A model generated the notes under the pieces. That model saw only the letters and a program-made list of their open reading frames with translations, was not told where the DNA came from and ran no database searches. From Squalus acanthias (taxonomy: Eukaryota), in contig CM059432.1 of assembly GCA_030390025.1 (NCBI GenBank), positions 119,042,001 through 119,106,000 on the forward strand: a stretch of 64,000 bases of DNA, given 5' to 3'. A program made the position numbers and the translations under genes. This document shows positions 12,146 through 23,591 of this stretch, piece by piece (within the stretch, counting starts at the first letter, position 1; each line of letters starts with the position of its first letter).

Positions 12146-12598
12146 GATTTTTTTTTTCATTTACAGGATGTGGGTATTGCTGGCAAGGTCAGCATTTATT
12201 GCCCATCCCTATTTGCCCCTGAGAAGGTGGTGGTGAGCCACCTTCTTGAACCACTGCAGTACTTCTTTGTAGCAGTTTGGTAAAACTGAGTGGCTTTCTA
12301 AGAGCAGTTAAGAGTCAACCACATTGCTGTGGGTCTGGAGTCACATGTAGACCAGACCAGGTAAGGATGGCAGATTTCCTTCCCTAAAGGACTTTGTGAA
12401 CCAGCTGGGTTTTTATGACAATCTGATAGTTTCATGGTCACCAATTACTGACACTACCTTTTTATTCCAGATTTATTTAATTAACTGAATTTAAATACCC
12501 AGCTGCCGTGATGGGATTTGAACTCACATCTCCAGATTATTAGTCCAGACCTCTGGATTACTAGTCCAAGCAACATAATCACTATGCTACTGTACCCC
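12146..12598 (-). mobile_element. tRNA-derived SINE made of the 5' head and 3' tail of the tRNA-headed LINE
   Basis: Reverse complement matches LINE ~7067-7385, then jumps to LINE ~10237-10350 (ctgcagtggttcaagaaggtggctcaccaccacc...A tail). Confidence 0.85.
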
Positions 12599-14082
12599 TA
12601 ACTGTTGAGGGAGTGGAATCACTTTTGGTTCCGGTACATCTCAGAGTTAACATGCAGTGCCCGCAAACAGTGGACGGCAATCTGGGAGATGTTGAAAATA
12701 TCTCCAGCTCCAGCCTGGAAGGAGCCCAAAGCATAAAGGTTCATGGTCACGGTCACCTTCACAGCCACTGTCAATGCAGTCCTTTCCCTGCTCTGAGCTT
12801 GGAGTTGTGGCTGCAGCAGGTGGCAGATTTCAGTGAGGACCTCCTTACTGAAGCGCAGACATCGCACGCATTGTTCCTCACTGAACGGATATGGCCTCCT
12901 GCTGAGAGCCATTATTCGCCTCATTCTCCCTCTTCCAGCAGCTTGTCCTGCTCTGCATGGCCCCTGCTCATTCACCCAGTCATGCTCGATTCCAAGGGGA
13001 AGGCCTGCTAATGCACCCAAGCCTGTCAGCAAGTGGTTTGTGCAGAAGCTTTGAAGTCAGCAAAAAGTCCTTCAACATGTGCCACACCGCTTCCTGCAGA
13101 CTTCTGCAACTTGAAACAACTATAGAAAACACCAAACACTTGTAGGGGGTCCTTCCGGCTGTTGAATGTGTGTTCAGCTGTGCGCGCTTAAGAGAGGGCG
13201 TTAGCTGGAGCGCTGTGCTCCAAAATGGCAGCGCTGCCGTCAAATCAGCGTTGCGCACTTATTGACGTCATGATCTGCCTGCTCTGCATACTTCCGGACG
13301 ACGCTCACTCCATGCACTAACTCCCTCACCTATATGGCGTCAGGTGCGATTCGCCCCACAAGTGTGTGCGCGTGCCGCAGATGCCATTTTGGACCTCTAA
13401 GGGGATTTGTAGTGCCCAAAAAATGCTACGGATCCAAATTTTGCGCCCTAAGTCTTTGCCTATCAATCTCACACACAGTAATTTCAAAGCCGATAACTCT
13501 AACTTTCATATTTGGATTTGAACTTAGCTTGCAGTCCTGTTTCACGTTTTCAACTTAAACTTAAACAACTAATAGTGCTGATTTTTCCCATGTCAGTTAT
13601 TAATACTCTTTAGACAAGGATTTATCAGAATATGCTCCACCGCCACCCACAAACAGATGTGAGATTTTCTGATGAGCAGCATCTTCACTTACCAACAGTG
13701 GTAAATGAAGACACTCAGTCAGCACTCCGCTGTAATAATTACACTTTACCATCTGAATAATCAGGAAAAGAGCCTCTTGATTCCTGTAAGACACCAATCA
13801 GGTAACGAAAAATGATTGTGCAGTTAAATTCATGTACAGTAAATTCACTGAAGTCAATGGAAATAAAAATCAGAAGAGATGTAAAACGAGCTGCCAACTC
13901 ACTATCACCCGTTTAACACTATCGCACAAAGTCGAGATCCACCCCAGCAGGTTTCCTTCCCTAAAGGACATATTTATGACAATCTGACACCTTCATGGCC
14001 ACTATTACTAATACCAACATTTTTTTTTAATTTCCAGTTTTTAAAAAACTGAATTTAAATTCTCAAACTGCCATGGTGGGAT

Positions 14083-15255
14083 GGGCAGGATTTTAACTTG
14101 GAGGCAGGTAGGGAGCGGGAGAGGTTGGATTGCGGTTGGGCCAGATTAACATCTTTATTTCTCTGTTTCCTGCCTGCAGATTAAGAGGCTGGTTGGCTGT
14201 GGGGCGGGTAGGCCTGCGGCACTAGGCCACAGCCGGAGAGCAAAGAGGAGGGAGGGAAGGAATTGGAGGCCAGGCTCGGGGTGGGGTGGGAGGGACACAG
14301 AAGGCTGGATTCGTGGTGGGGGGGGGCAGGTTCGGATATTGGAGGGCGGCGTCAGTAGGCCGGGATCGGAGGAGGGGTTGGAAGGCTGGGATAGAAGGGG
14401 GGGTGTCGGAAGGCCAAGGTCGAAGGGTGGGGTCAGAAAGCCCAGATTGGAGGGGGTCGGAGATCAGAGGAGGATCGGATGGCCGGGATCGGAGCGTGTT
14501 GGAGATTGGGGGGATCAGAAGGTTGGGATCGGTGTGGGTCGAAGATCGGGGGTGGGGTATCAGAAGGCCGATTCGGAAGGCTGGGAACGGTGGGCCGGAG
14601 TGTGGTTCGGGGGCCAGGGATCGGAGGCCGGAGGGAGATTTGGGGGTTGGGGTTCGGAAGGTCGGGGTGGGGTGGTCGGGGCCAGGGATCAGACGCTGGA
14701 GGTGGGGGAGTGTCGGGGGCTGTGGGCCGGGGATCGAAAGACTGGAGAGGAGTTTGGGGGCTGGGATTCAGAAGGCTGGAGGGGAGGTCGGGGGCCAGGG
14801 ATCAGAGGCCTTGTCGGTGGGTCGGGGTGTTGGAGGCCTCGGGCGGGGGGGGGGGGGGGAGGGGAGATCAGAAGGGTCGGGGGTGGGGTCTGATCGGGGG
14901 GGATTGGCAAGGCAGCAACGCTGCATCTAGGAGGTAAGTGGTAATGCACTTACCTCCTGGATCCAGCAGTCCTCGGCTTCCTGTAGCTGTCGGATTCCCC
15001 AAGGCCTGGGAAACATGGCCGCCCAAAGTTAAATTTAAAGTGGAGATTCAAAATGAGGCATGCGGACTCATTATAATATTTAAAGTGCCAACCTGTCTTC
15101 TGGGAGCGGGTTGGCTGCCCAACCCCCGTCCCACCTCTGTTAAAACCAGAAGTGGGCAGGTTGGAGGCAAGTTGTGGTCAAGATTCAGAATTCTACCACT
15201 CTAACCTCCCACCCGACCCAAACCCACCCGTTTTTTTGAGGTTAAAATTCCCTCC
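14083..15255. mobile_element. Harbinger-like MITE with G-rich degenerate tandem array
   Basis: Imperfect TIRs gggcaggattttaac / gttaaaattccctcc; ggg-rich (gggatcgga/tcggaaggc) units at ~14270-14910; sits inside a SINE fragment (~13945-14082). Confidence 0.6.
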
Positions 15256-16639
15256 ATGTTCTCTGGAATATTAGTCCAGTTGCACAACCGTTAAACTACC
15301 TTACACGTACTCAACCAAAGTTCATTGAAAAACTGTCTGTCCAGCAGACGGTAATGGAGATTAACCAGAAGTGGAAATCTCTGTCTAATGTTTCCGTTCT
15401 TATGCCCTAAAGCCTTGTGAACAATTCTGGCGCCTTCACCATAACCTGGAACAAATTCACCTAACTCAGCTGAGGGCATGGCTCAGTGGAAAGCCACATG
15501 GCCCTCAAGGGAACCAACATTGTTTCCTTACTATTCCAAGCATCTTTTTCTCAAGGGGTGAAGTTCGGCGTCAATTCAGGGGGAAGAAAACAGATGAAAT
15601 GGATCTGATTACTATTGGGCTTATTTTATTTAAGCGCAAATACAGATTGCTGAACCCCAAGGTTGACAAGATACTAAAAATAAGCAGATGAAAAAAGATG
15701 TCCAAAAGCTGCCAAGGTAAGAGAATAATATAGCTTTGCTTCAGCCAATGTGCAATAAACACTTTGCACAAGCATAGCAGATACCCTTGCGGAATCATTT
15801 AAGAATACTCGATCATCTGCTTTTCACAGGCAGCTACAGACATTTTTAATATATGCATTAGACATGATTAAGACCCATTGAGTGCTGTTAAAATATTCCA
15901 GCGGGTACAGACAACGCCTGGAGAAAGATCTTTTAATGTATAATATCTTGAGTTGATGTCTGGTTATTAAAGTAACCATATTTCAGAAAAGTGTCCTCGC
16001 CGAGATGCGTGGATGCTCCAGAGAGTCCCAAATAACTTTACACCAGCATCTTGAAGCCAGTTCTCAAATCTGAATTTAAAAAGTAATAATCGGTACTGCA
16101 GTAGAATGGAAAAATTAATTTAAGCAATATAGTAAAAGAATAGTTGCTACAAAGACAGATAGCCACAGTTAAAATTAACTAACATTATTCTCTTAAAGTG
16201 AAAAATACAAAGGCTGGGAATATACAGCTGACCCAACGACATCAGAAAAGAGAATCGATATGTCAGCATTTCAGTTCAAGCTCCTTTATCAGGGCCTTGA
16301 GAAATGCTGATGATGGGTCTCTACCCAAAGCATTAGTCCATCCTTTCTCTGTTCCTGTGCTGACACAGCTGCAATGTATTTCCAGCATTGGCACATCATC
16401 TTACATTTTATCTTTAGCATTATTATGTAGCTGGGTAAAAATATATGGTGCAATAGGTATTGTAAGAGCCCATCTGTCACTGCAGTGCATGGGTTTATCT
16501 GCTGCTGCAGGTATTACTTCACAGTTTTTCAAGCTCGCTGCACATAGATTTTATGAATTAGAACTCCCAGTGCATGTCGGGACATCAGGTGCCGAGGTCA
16601 GCCACAATGGATGGAAAATTGTGTGGGACGGGGAGGGGG

Positions 16640-17692
16640 AGTGGGTGCTAACCGACAGAAAACAGAGAGTAGGAATAAACAGGTCATTTTCGGGTTGGCA
16701 GGCTGTAACTAGTGGGGTACCGCAAGGATCAGTGCTTGGGCCTCAGCAATTCACAATCTACATCAATGATTTGGATGAGGGGACCAAATGTAATATATCC
16801 AAGTTTGCTGATGATACAAAGCTGGGTGGGAATGTAAGTTGTGAGGAGAATTCAAGGAGGCTTCAAGGGGATATAGACAGGCTAAGTGAGTGGGCAAGAA
16901 CATGGCAAATGGAATGTAATGTGGAGAAATGTGAAGTTATCCACTTTGGTAGGAAAAATAGAAAAGCAGAGTATTTTTTAAATGGTGAGAGATTGGGAAA
17001 TGTTGGTGTACACGAATCACTGAAAGTTAACATACAGGTACAGCAAGCAATTAGGAAAGCATGAGGAAGGCCTTTATTACAAGTGGATTTGCGTATAAGA
17101 GTAAAGACGTCTTATTGCAAATATATAGGGCCCTGGTGAGACCACACCTGGAGTATTGTGTACAGCTTTGGTCTCCTTACCTAAGGAAGGATATACTTGC
17201 CATAGAGGGAGTGCAACGAAGGTTCACCAGACTGATTCCTGGGATGGGGGGATTGTCCTATGAGGAGAGATTGAGTAGACTAGGCCTATATTCTCTAGAG
17301 TTTAGAAGAATGAGATACGATCTCATTGAAACAGACAAAATTCTTACAGGGTTTGACAGGGTAGATGCAGGGAGGATGTTTCCCCTGACTGGGGAGTCTA
17401 GAACCAGGGGACACAGTCTCAGAATAAGGGGTTGGCCATTTAGGACTGAGATGAGGAGAAATTTCTTCACTCCGAGGGTGGTGAATCTTTGGAATTTTCT
17501 ACCGCAGAGGCTCAGTCGTTGAGTATATTCAAGACAGAGATCTTTGGATATTAAGGGAATCAAGGGATATGGGGATAGTGCAGGAAAGTGGTGTTGAGGT
17601 AGAAGATCAGCCATGATCTTATTGAATGGTGGAGCAGGCTCGAGGGGCTAAATGGCCTACTCCTGCTCTTATTTCTTATCTTCTTATGTTCT
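16640..17692 (+). mobile_element. CR1 LINE 3' fragment
   Basis: WLTDRKQRV, GVPQGSVLGP, FADD, LEYCVQLWSP; ttcttatg tail. Confidence 0.85.
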
Positions 17693-18077
17693 TAAAATCT
17701 CCCCTAGTGTGATTTGCCTGTGTTTATTCTTGTAATTGCTGCCAGTAGATTTATCTCTGTCCACATAATACGAGGGACCAGGGTATACTATAAGGGGCCA
17801 GAGTATAGTGTGAGTTACCCGAGGATACAGTGTGAGGGACCACAGGTTATAGTGTGCGGGTTTAGCTGACAAAGCAGCTTGACCTATGGTAAACATTCCA
17901 ATGGTATGACAGCTTTAGTTATCATCATGTCTACTGAGGGGAGGAATTAAGGCACTGAGGGAAGAAATTCCTCCTGTTTATAATGTTAGTGAAAAAGTTG
18001 ATACAATTATAAAACAGGGTTTCTCATTTCTTATTTCTATTGCTATTTTTGCTAAAACCGTAAGACTGTTGAATTAA

Positions 18078-19240
18078 GGGAATGTTAGCATAGGGGTTAT
18101 GTTACTGGACTAGTAATCCAGAGGCCTGGACTTAATGATCCAGAGAAGTGAGTTCAAATCCCACCACGGCAGCTGGAGAATTTAAATTCAGTTAATTAAA
18201 TAAATCTGGAATAAAAAGCTAGTATCAGTAATGGTAACCATGGAACTATCGGATTGTCGTAAAAACCCATCAGGTTCACTAATGTCCTTTAGGGAAGGAA
18301 ATCTGCCATCCTTACTTGGTCTGGCTTATATGTGACTCTTAACTGCCCTCTGAAATGGCCTAGAAAGCCACTCAGTTGTAACAAACCGATACGAAAAACA
18401 ATAATAAGAATAAAACCAGACAGACCACCTGGCATCGACTTCGGCACCAGCTACGGACACGACAATGGCACACCCAGCCCAGTCAACCCTGCAAAGTCCT
18501 CCTCACCAACATCTGTGGACTTGTGCCAAAATTGGGAGAGCTGTCCCACAGACGAGTCAAGCAACAGCCTGACATATTTATACTCACAGAATCATTCCTT
18601 TCAGCCAATGTCCCAAACTCCTCCATCACCATCCCATGGTATGTCCTGTCCCACCGACAGGACAGAGCTACCAGGGGTGGCGGCACAGTGATATACAGTT
18701 AGGTAGGAGTGGCCTTGGGAGTCCTTAACATTGACTCTGGACCCCATGAAGTCCCATGGCTTCAGGTCAAGCATGGGCAAGGAAACCTCCTGCTGATTAC
18801 CACCTACCGCATTCCCTCAGCTGATGAATCAGTACTCTTCCATGTTGAACACCACCTGGAAGAAGCATTGAGAGTAGCAAGTACATAGAATGTACTCTGG
18901 GTGGGGGACTTCAATGTCCATCACCAAGAGTGGCTCGGTAGCACCACTACTGACCGAGCTGGCCGTGTCCTTAAGGACATAGCTGCCACTCTGGGCCTGC
19001 GGCGGTGGTGAGAGAACCAACACGAGGGAAAAACCTACTTGACCTCATCCTCACCAATGTACCTGTCACAGATGCATCTGTCCATGACAGTATTGGTAGC
19101 AGTGATCACCGCACAGTCATTGTGGAGCTGAAGTCCCGTCTTCACACTGAGCACACCCTCCATTGTGATGTGTGGCACTACCACCGTGCTAAATAGGCTA
19201 GATTCAGAACAGATCTAGCAGCTCAAAACTGGGCATCCAT
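18078..19240 (+). mobile_element. tRNA-headed LINE copy 2, 5' part (continues at 38874-40992)
   Basis: Collinear with 7067-8260; A box tagcatagggg, anticodon-like arm ctgga-ctagtaa-tccag, B box at 18152-18160; breaks at gcatccat. Confidence 0.85.
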
Positions 19241-21534
19241 AGAAACATAGAAAAATAGGAGTAGGCCATTCGGCCCTTCGAGCCTGCTCCTCCATTCAAT
19301 ATGATCATGGCTGATCCTCTATCTCAATACCATATTCCCACTCCCTCCCCATACCCCTTGATGCCTTTTGTGGCTGGAAATCTTTATATCTCCTTCTTAT
19401 TGGCCCAAAAATTCATCCCGGTGCGCGAGAGTACGCAGTGCGTACTCTCGCGTATTCCCTCTGCAATTGCCGGTTTTCTGCATGCCCTGCGCATGCGCTG
19501 AAAACCGGCAATTGCTCTTTTGAAAAGGGGGCGGTTCCTCGGTGCATCGCGTGCGCGCTGCAGGCTGCGCGCACGCTGTGCACTTCATGCTTTGGACGCG
19601 CAGGTAAGTACTGAAGATTTTAGAAATGTAAAAAGGAGGAGTAAGACCCACTTTTAACAAGGTAAGTAGTGAATTAAGTATTTTTTTGAATTTTTTTTTA
19701 CAGGTATATCTTTTTTAGAGACTTTAAAGACAGGTAAGTTTATTTTTATAACTTTTTAAAAGATTTTAAATTTTTTCAAAAATTTAATTTTTTATTTAAA
19801 ATGGTTAATTTATTTAACTATACTTATTTTATTAATGTGATGGTTTTTTTTTAAAATTTAATTGAGGTTTAGCTGTTATTTTGGGGGGTTGTAAGATTCA
19901 TAGATTTCACAGCCGTGCTATGAAACTTATGAATGGAAGATGGTGTGCTGCCATTGGCTCTAACTGAGTCACGTGATCCCACAGCTCGCACAAATTCACT
20001 ACGCCGGTGGGATACGCAAGCACTGCCCGGCTGATGTCTGGAACATCAAGTTCGTGCGAGCTGGATCTGAAAAAGCACAAGCGAGGTGAGAGATCGCGGG
20101 GAAGGCTTACCCCCGCGGGAACAGAGCGAGATCAATTTCTGGGCCAATATATTCAGTGACTTGGCCGCCACAGCCTTCTGTGGTAGAGAATTCCACAGGT
20201 TCACCACCCTCTGAATGAAGAAATGTCTCCTCATCTCAGTCCTAAATGTCCTACCCCGTATCCTGAGACTGTGACCCTTCGTTCTAGACCCCCTAACCAG
20301 GGGAAACATCCTCCCTGCATCCAGTCTGTCTAGCCCTGTCAGAATTTTATACGTTTCAATGAGATCCCCTCTCATTCTTCTAAACTCTAGTGAATACAGG
20401 CCTAGCCGACCCAATCTCTCCTCATACGACAGTGCTGCCATCCCAGGAATCAGTCTGGTGAACCTTCGCTGCACTCCCTCTATGGCAAGTGTATCCTTTC
20501 TTAGGTAAGGAGACCAAAACTGCACACAGTACTCCAGGTGTGGTCTCACCAAGGCCCTGTATAACTGTAGTAAGACATCCTTGCTCCTGTACTCAAATCC
20601 TCTTGCAATGAAGGCCAACATACCATTTGCCTTCCTAACTGCTTGCTGCACCTGCATGTTTGCTTTCAGTGACTGGTGTACAAGGACACCCAGGTCCCTT
20701 TGTACATCAACATTTCCCAATCTATCACCATTTAAATAATACTCTACCTATCTGGTTTTCCTACCGAAATGGATAACTTCACATTTATCCACATTATACT
20801 GCATCTGCCATGTATTTGCCCACTCACTCAACTTGTCTAAATCACCTTGAAGCCTCTTTGCATCCTCCTCACAACTCACAATCTCACCTAATTTCGTGTC
20901 ATCAGCAAACTTGGAAGTATTACATTTGGTTCCCTCATCCAAATCATTGATATATATTGTGAATAGCTGGGGCCCAAGCATTGATCCCTGCGGTACCTCA
21001 CTAGTCACCACCTGCCACCCCGAAAAAGATCCATTTATTCCTACTCTCTGTTTCCTGTCAGTTAACCAATTTTCAATCCATGCCAGTATATTACCCCCAA
21101 TCCCATGTGCTTTAATTTTGCACAGTAACCTCTTATGTGGGACTTTATCAAAGGCCTTCTGAAAATCCAAATACACCACATCCACTGGTTCTTCCATATC
21201 TATTCTCCCAGTTACATCCTCAAAAAACTCCAGGAGGTTTGTCAAACGATTTCCCTTTCATAAATCCATGTTGACTTTGTCTAATCCCGTTGATATTTTC
21301 TAAGTGTCCTGTTATCATATCCTTTATAATAGACTCTAGCATTTTCCTTACTACTGATGTTAGGCTAACCAGTCTGTAGTTCCCTGTTTTCTCTCTCCCT
21401 CCTTTTTTAAATAGTGGAGTTACATTTGCCACCCTCCAATCTGCAGGATCTGTTCCATAATCTATAGAATTTTGGAAGATGACAACCAATGCATCCACTA
21501 TTTCCATGGCCACCTCTTTTAGTACTCTGGGAAG
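19241..21534 (-). mobile_element. CR1 LINE inserted in LINE copy 2 (last piece at 38834-38873)
   Basis: RT ORFs 20046..21513; tccat repeated at both junctions (19236-19240 and 38874-38878); sequence ctgg-gatg-cagattatc is rejoined across the provirus. Confidence 0.85.
19402..20145. mobile_element. Harbinger-like MITE inside the CR1 3' region
   Basis: TIRs ggcccaaaaatt / aatttctgggcc; att/aat flanks; CR1 sequence resumes after it. Confidence 0.75.
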
Positions 21535-21882
21535 TGTAGAATTCGCAAAATTATCGCGATTTTATAAAATAAGAAGGAGACATATAGTTTCGTACAAACA
21601 GCTTTATTTCAGCAGAATGCTGTCAGGTTTTCAAAGTGGACACAAGCAGCCTGTAAAATGGCCGCCACGCCTCGTGGCAGAACGTTCTAGACTTTTCAAT
21701 GAGCAGACAAGATGGCGTTCCAATAAACATTTGTGCGAGATCGGACAAGACTCAGCACATTTGAGATAATTCACAAGACATAATGGGTTTGCATTTTACA
21801 CATAAATACTGGAATCGGTCTCCCAGGTGCGAATAAGGGCTATTGTACCGAGCGATCAAGAACCCATCCAAAGACATTAATA

Positions 21883-22323
21883 GAAACATAGAAACATAGA
21901 AACATAGAATCTAGGAGCAGGAGTAGGCCATTCGGCCCGTCGAGCCTGCTCCACCATTCAATACGATCATGGCTGATCATCCAAGTCCAGTACCCTGTCC
22001 CTGCTTTAATCCCCACAGTACACATATCCCACCCTACCCCCGTAACCCCACGTATTTAATTCCCCCTAACATATCCTATCCTTTCCCCATAACCCCACAT
22101 ATTTAATCCCCCCCTAACACTAAGGGTCAATTTATCATAGCCAAATCAACCTAACCCGCACATTTTTGGACTGTGGGAGGAAACCGGAGCACCCGGAGGA
22201 AACCCATGCAGACACGGGGAGAATGTGCAAACTCCACACAGACAGTCACCCGAGGTCAGATTCGAACCCGGGTCCCTGGCGCTGTGAGGCACCAGTGCTA
22301 ACCACTATGCCACCGTGTTGCCC
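21883..22323 (-). mobile_element. HE1-like V-SINE inserted in the 5' LTR
   Basis: Reverse complement has a tRNA head (ggtggcatagtggttagc...gggttcgaatc), the V-domain ctccccgtgtctgcatgggtttcctccgggtgctccggtttcctcccac, and a CR1 tail (tatgtttc)n; absent from the 3' LTR. Confidence 0.85.
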
Positions 22324-22550
22324 TATGCAAAATCCCCACGACGCTACAATGAGAGAGCCGTTAGCGGGTAGTTACAGAAAGCATTTGGAAGCCCCAAAAC
22401 CCCTCCAGGGAAAATACTGACCGGTTCCACAATGGGAGAAGTATTAACGGGTACTCAGGCAGTTACAAGTATCACCGAAACCCATTAAACGGAGATCACC
22501 CTATACAAGAAGTTTGAGCGCCAAAACCCTGACAAAAGAAAGACATTAAG

Positions 22551-22610
22551 ATTGGGTGGGAAAAGAGGAATTACAGCACTATAACTGTAAGGTACAACCG
22601 TCCATCTTTC
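22551..22610 (+). promoter_or_regulatory. Putative LTR core promoter (reverse CCAAT, GC-box-like site, TATAA)
   Basis: attgggtggg (attgggcggg in the 3' LTR), tataa at 22580-22584, pyrimidine-rich start region ~25 nt downstream; AATAAA candidates at 22888 and 23363. Confidence 0.5.
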
Positions 22611-23591
22611 TCTTGAATCTTGACTCTTGCTCTTGACTCTGCCTCTTGCTGCTCGACTTGCTGGAAGACTATTGAACTTTCGGATCCGCCAGGATCAACC
22701 TCGCGGCTTGCCGCGAAGATCTGTGAAGAACTGGGCTGTGAAGCCTTGAAACGGGTACACCATCCCGAGAAGTCGGTAAACGGTGTTGGAACCGAAGGCC
22801 CGAGATGAGATGAGATGAGATGAGAAGAGAAGAAGACGACAATACGTATCGCCACGGTCAGTAAGCCCCGACCGCGCCTGTAGGTCGAATAAACACTTTC
22901 CTTGCACAGGAAGACCATTCTTCGAATTTTATCGCATCGGTGTGAGGGCACAGGAAGACTCTTCTTTGAGTAGTGTCGGAACTCCGAGGACAACACAGAT
23001 CTTCATGACAGCAGACGGTCCAGCCTGCTAGCCAGAGCAGAAATGAGTAAACAAGTGGGGTACAGAGACCCCTGATCAACACGTGGGTGGTCAGGTGCTG
23101 CGGGAAAAACATCCGAGCAGAGTTTCGGAATTCTCCGAGTTATCACAAGTGGTGAGCATGAGTCTCGATCCTACAAATCTAGTTTAGGACAGGTATTGAT
23201 AGGGGAGGGTTTAAGTTTTAAGGATAATTGTAATGTGTGCCCCCTTTTTCGATGTGTCGTGCGCTCCTCGTTTCCCTAAAATTAGTTACATAACTGTGTG
23301 TAAGATTGTACTGTCATTAATCTGTGCTTATGACATGTATTTTGTAATCTTAAATAATATGCAATAAAGATTTTCCATTTCGCACTATTCAACCGGGTCT
23401 ACCTGAGTTTTCTCTGCATTATTGCTCTCGCACCTAAGTCCAGTGTCAGAACCGTAAGGGCGAGTGGATCGAACCACTCACAGGTGTCTAGTGTTACCAG
23501 GCTGGCTGGAGACCAGAACAGGCAACAAGGCCTAACCCCGCACTGGCACCCAGGCTAAGCACAGAGCCACAGGTCTCACCCCTTACAGAAA

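Larger units (their letters stand above)
10668..13448. mobile_element. Degenerate PIF/Harbinger transposon (Myb/SANT remnant on +, transposase remnant on -)
   Basis: Termini ggggctaaatt / aattttgcgccc flanked by tta/taa; + strand APRFSDAALEALVEE near 11390; - strand LRFSKEVLTEICHLLQPQL...VAVKVT at 12619-13032. Confidence 0.75.
21535..23587 (+). repeat. 5' LTR (~1.6 kb net of the SINE insertion)
   Basis: Starts tgtagaattcg and ends cccttaca; roughly 98% identical to the 3' LTR by eye. Confidence 0.95.

Noticed and set aside
13693..13783. Possible minus-strand host exon with AG/GT boundaries
   Set aside because: The peptide is unrecognisable and I found no partner exons; needs RNA-seq.
14286..14937. 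Long Gly/Arg-rich ORFs in three frames
   Set aside because: Explained by a G-rich low-complexity array that lacks stop codons.
15860..16090. Possible minus-strand terminal exon in unique DNA
   Set aside because: Short frames ending in stops with no recognisable homology.
22571..22996. 141-aa antisense ORF present in both LTRs (also 37822-38247)
   Set aside because: Non-ATG start, no recognisable domain, and presence in both LTRs is expected from their near identity.
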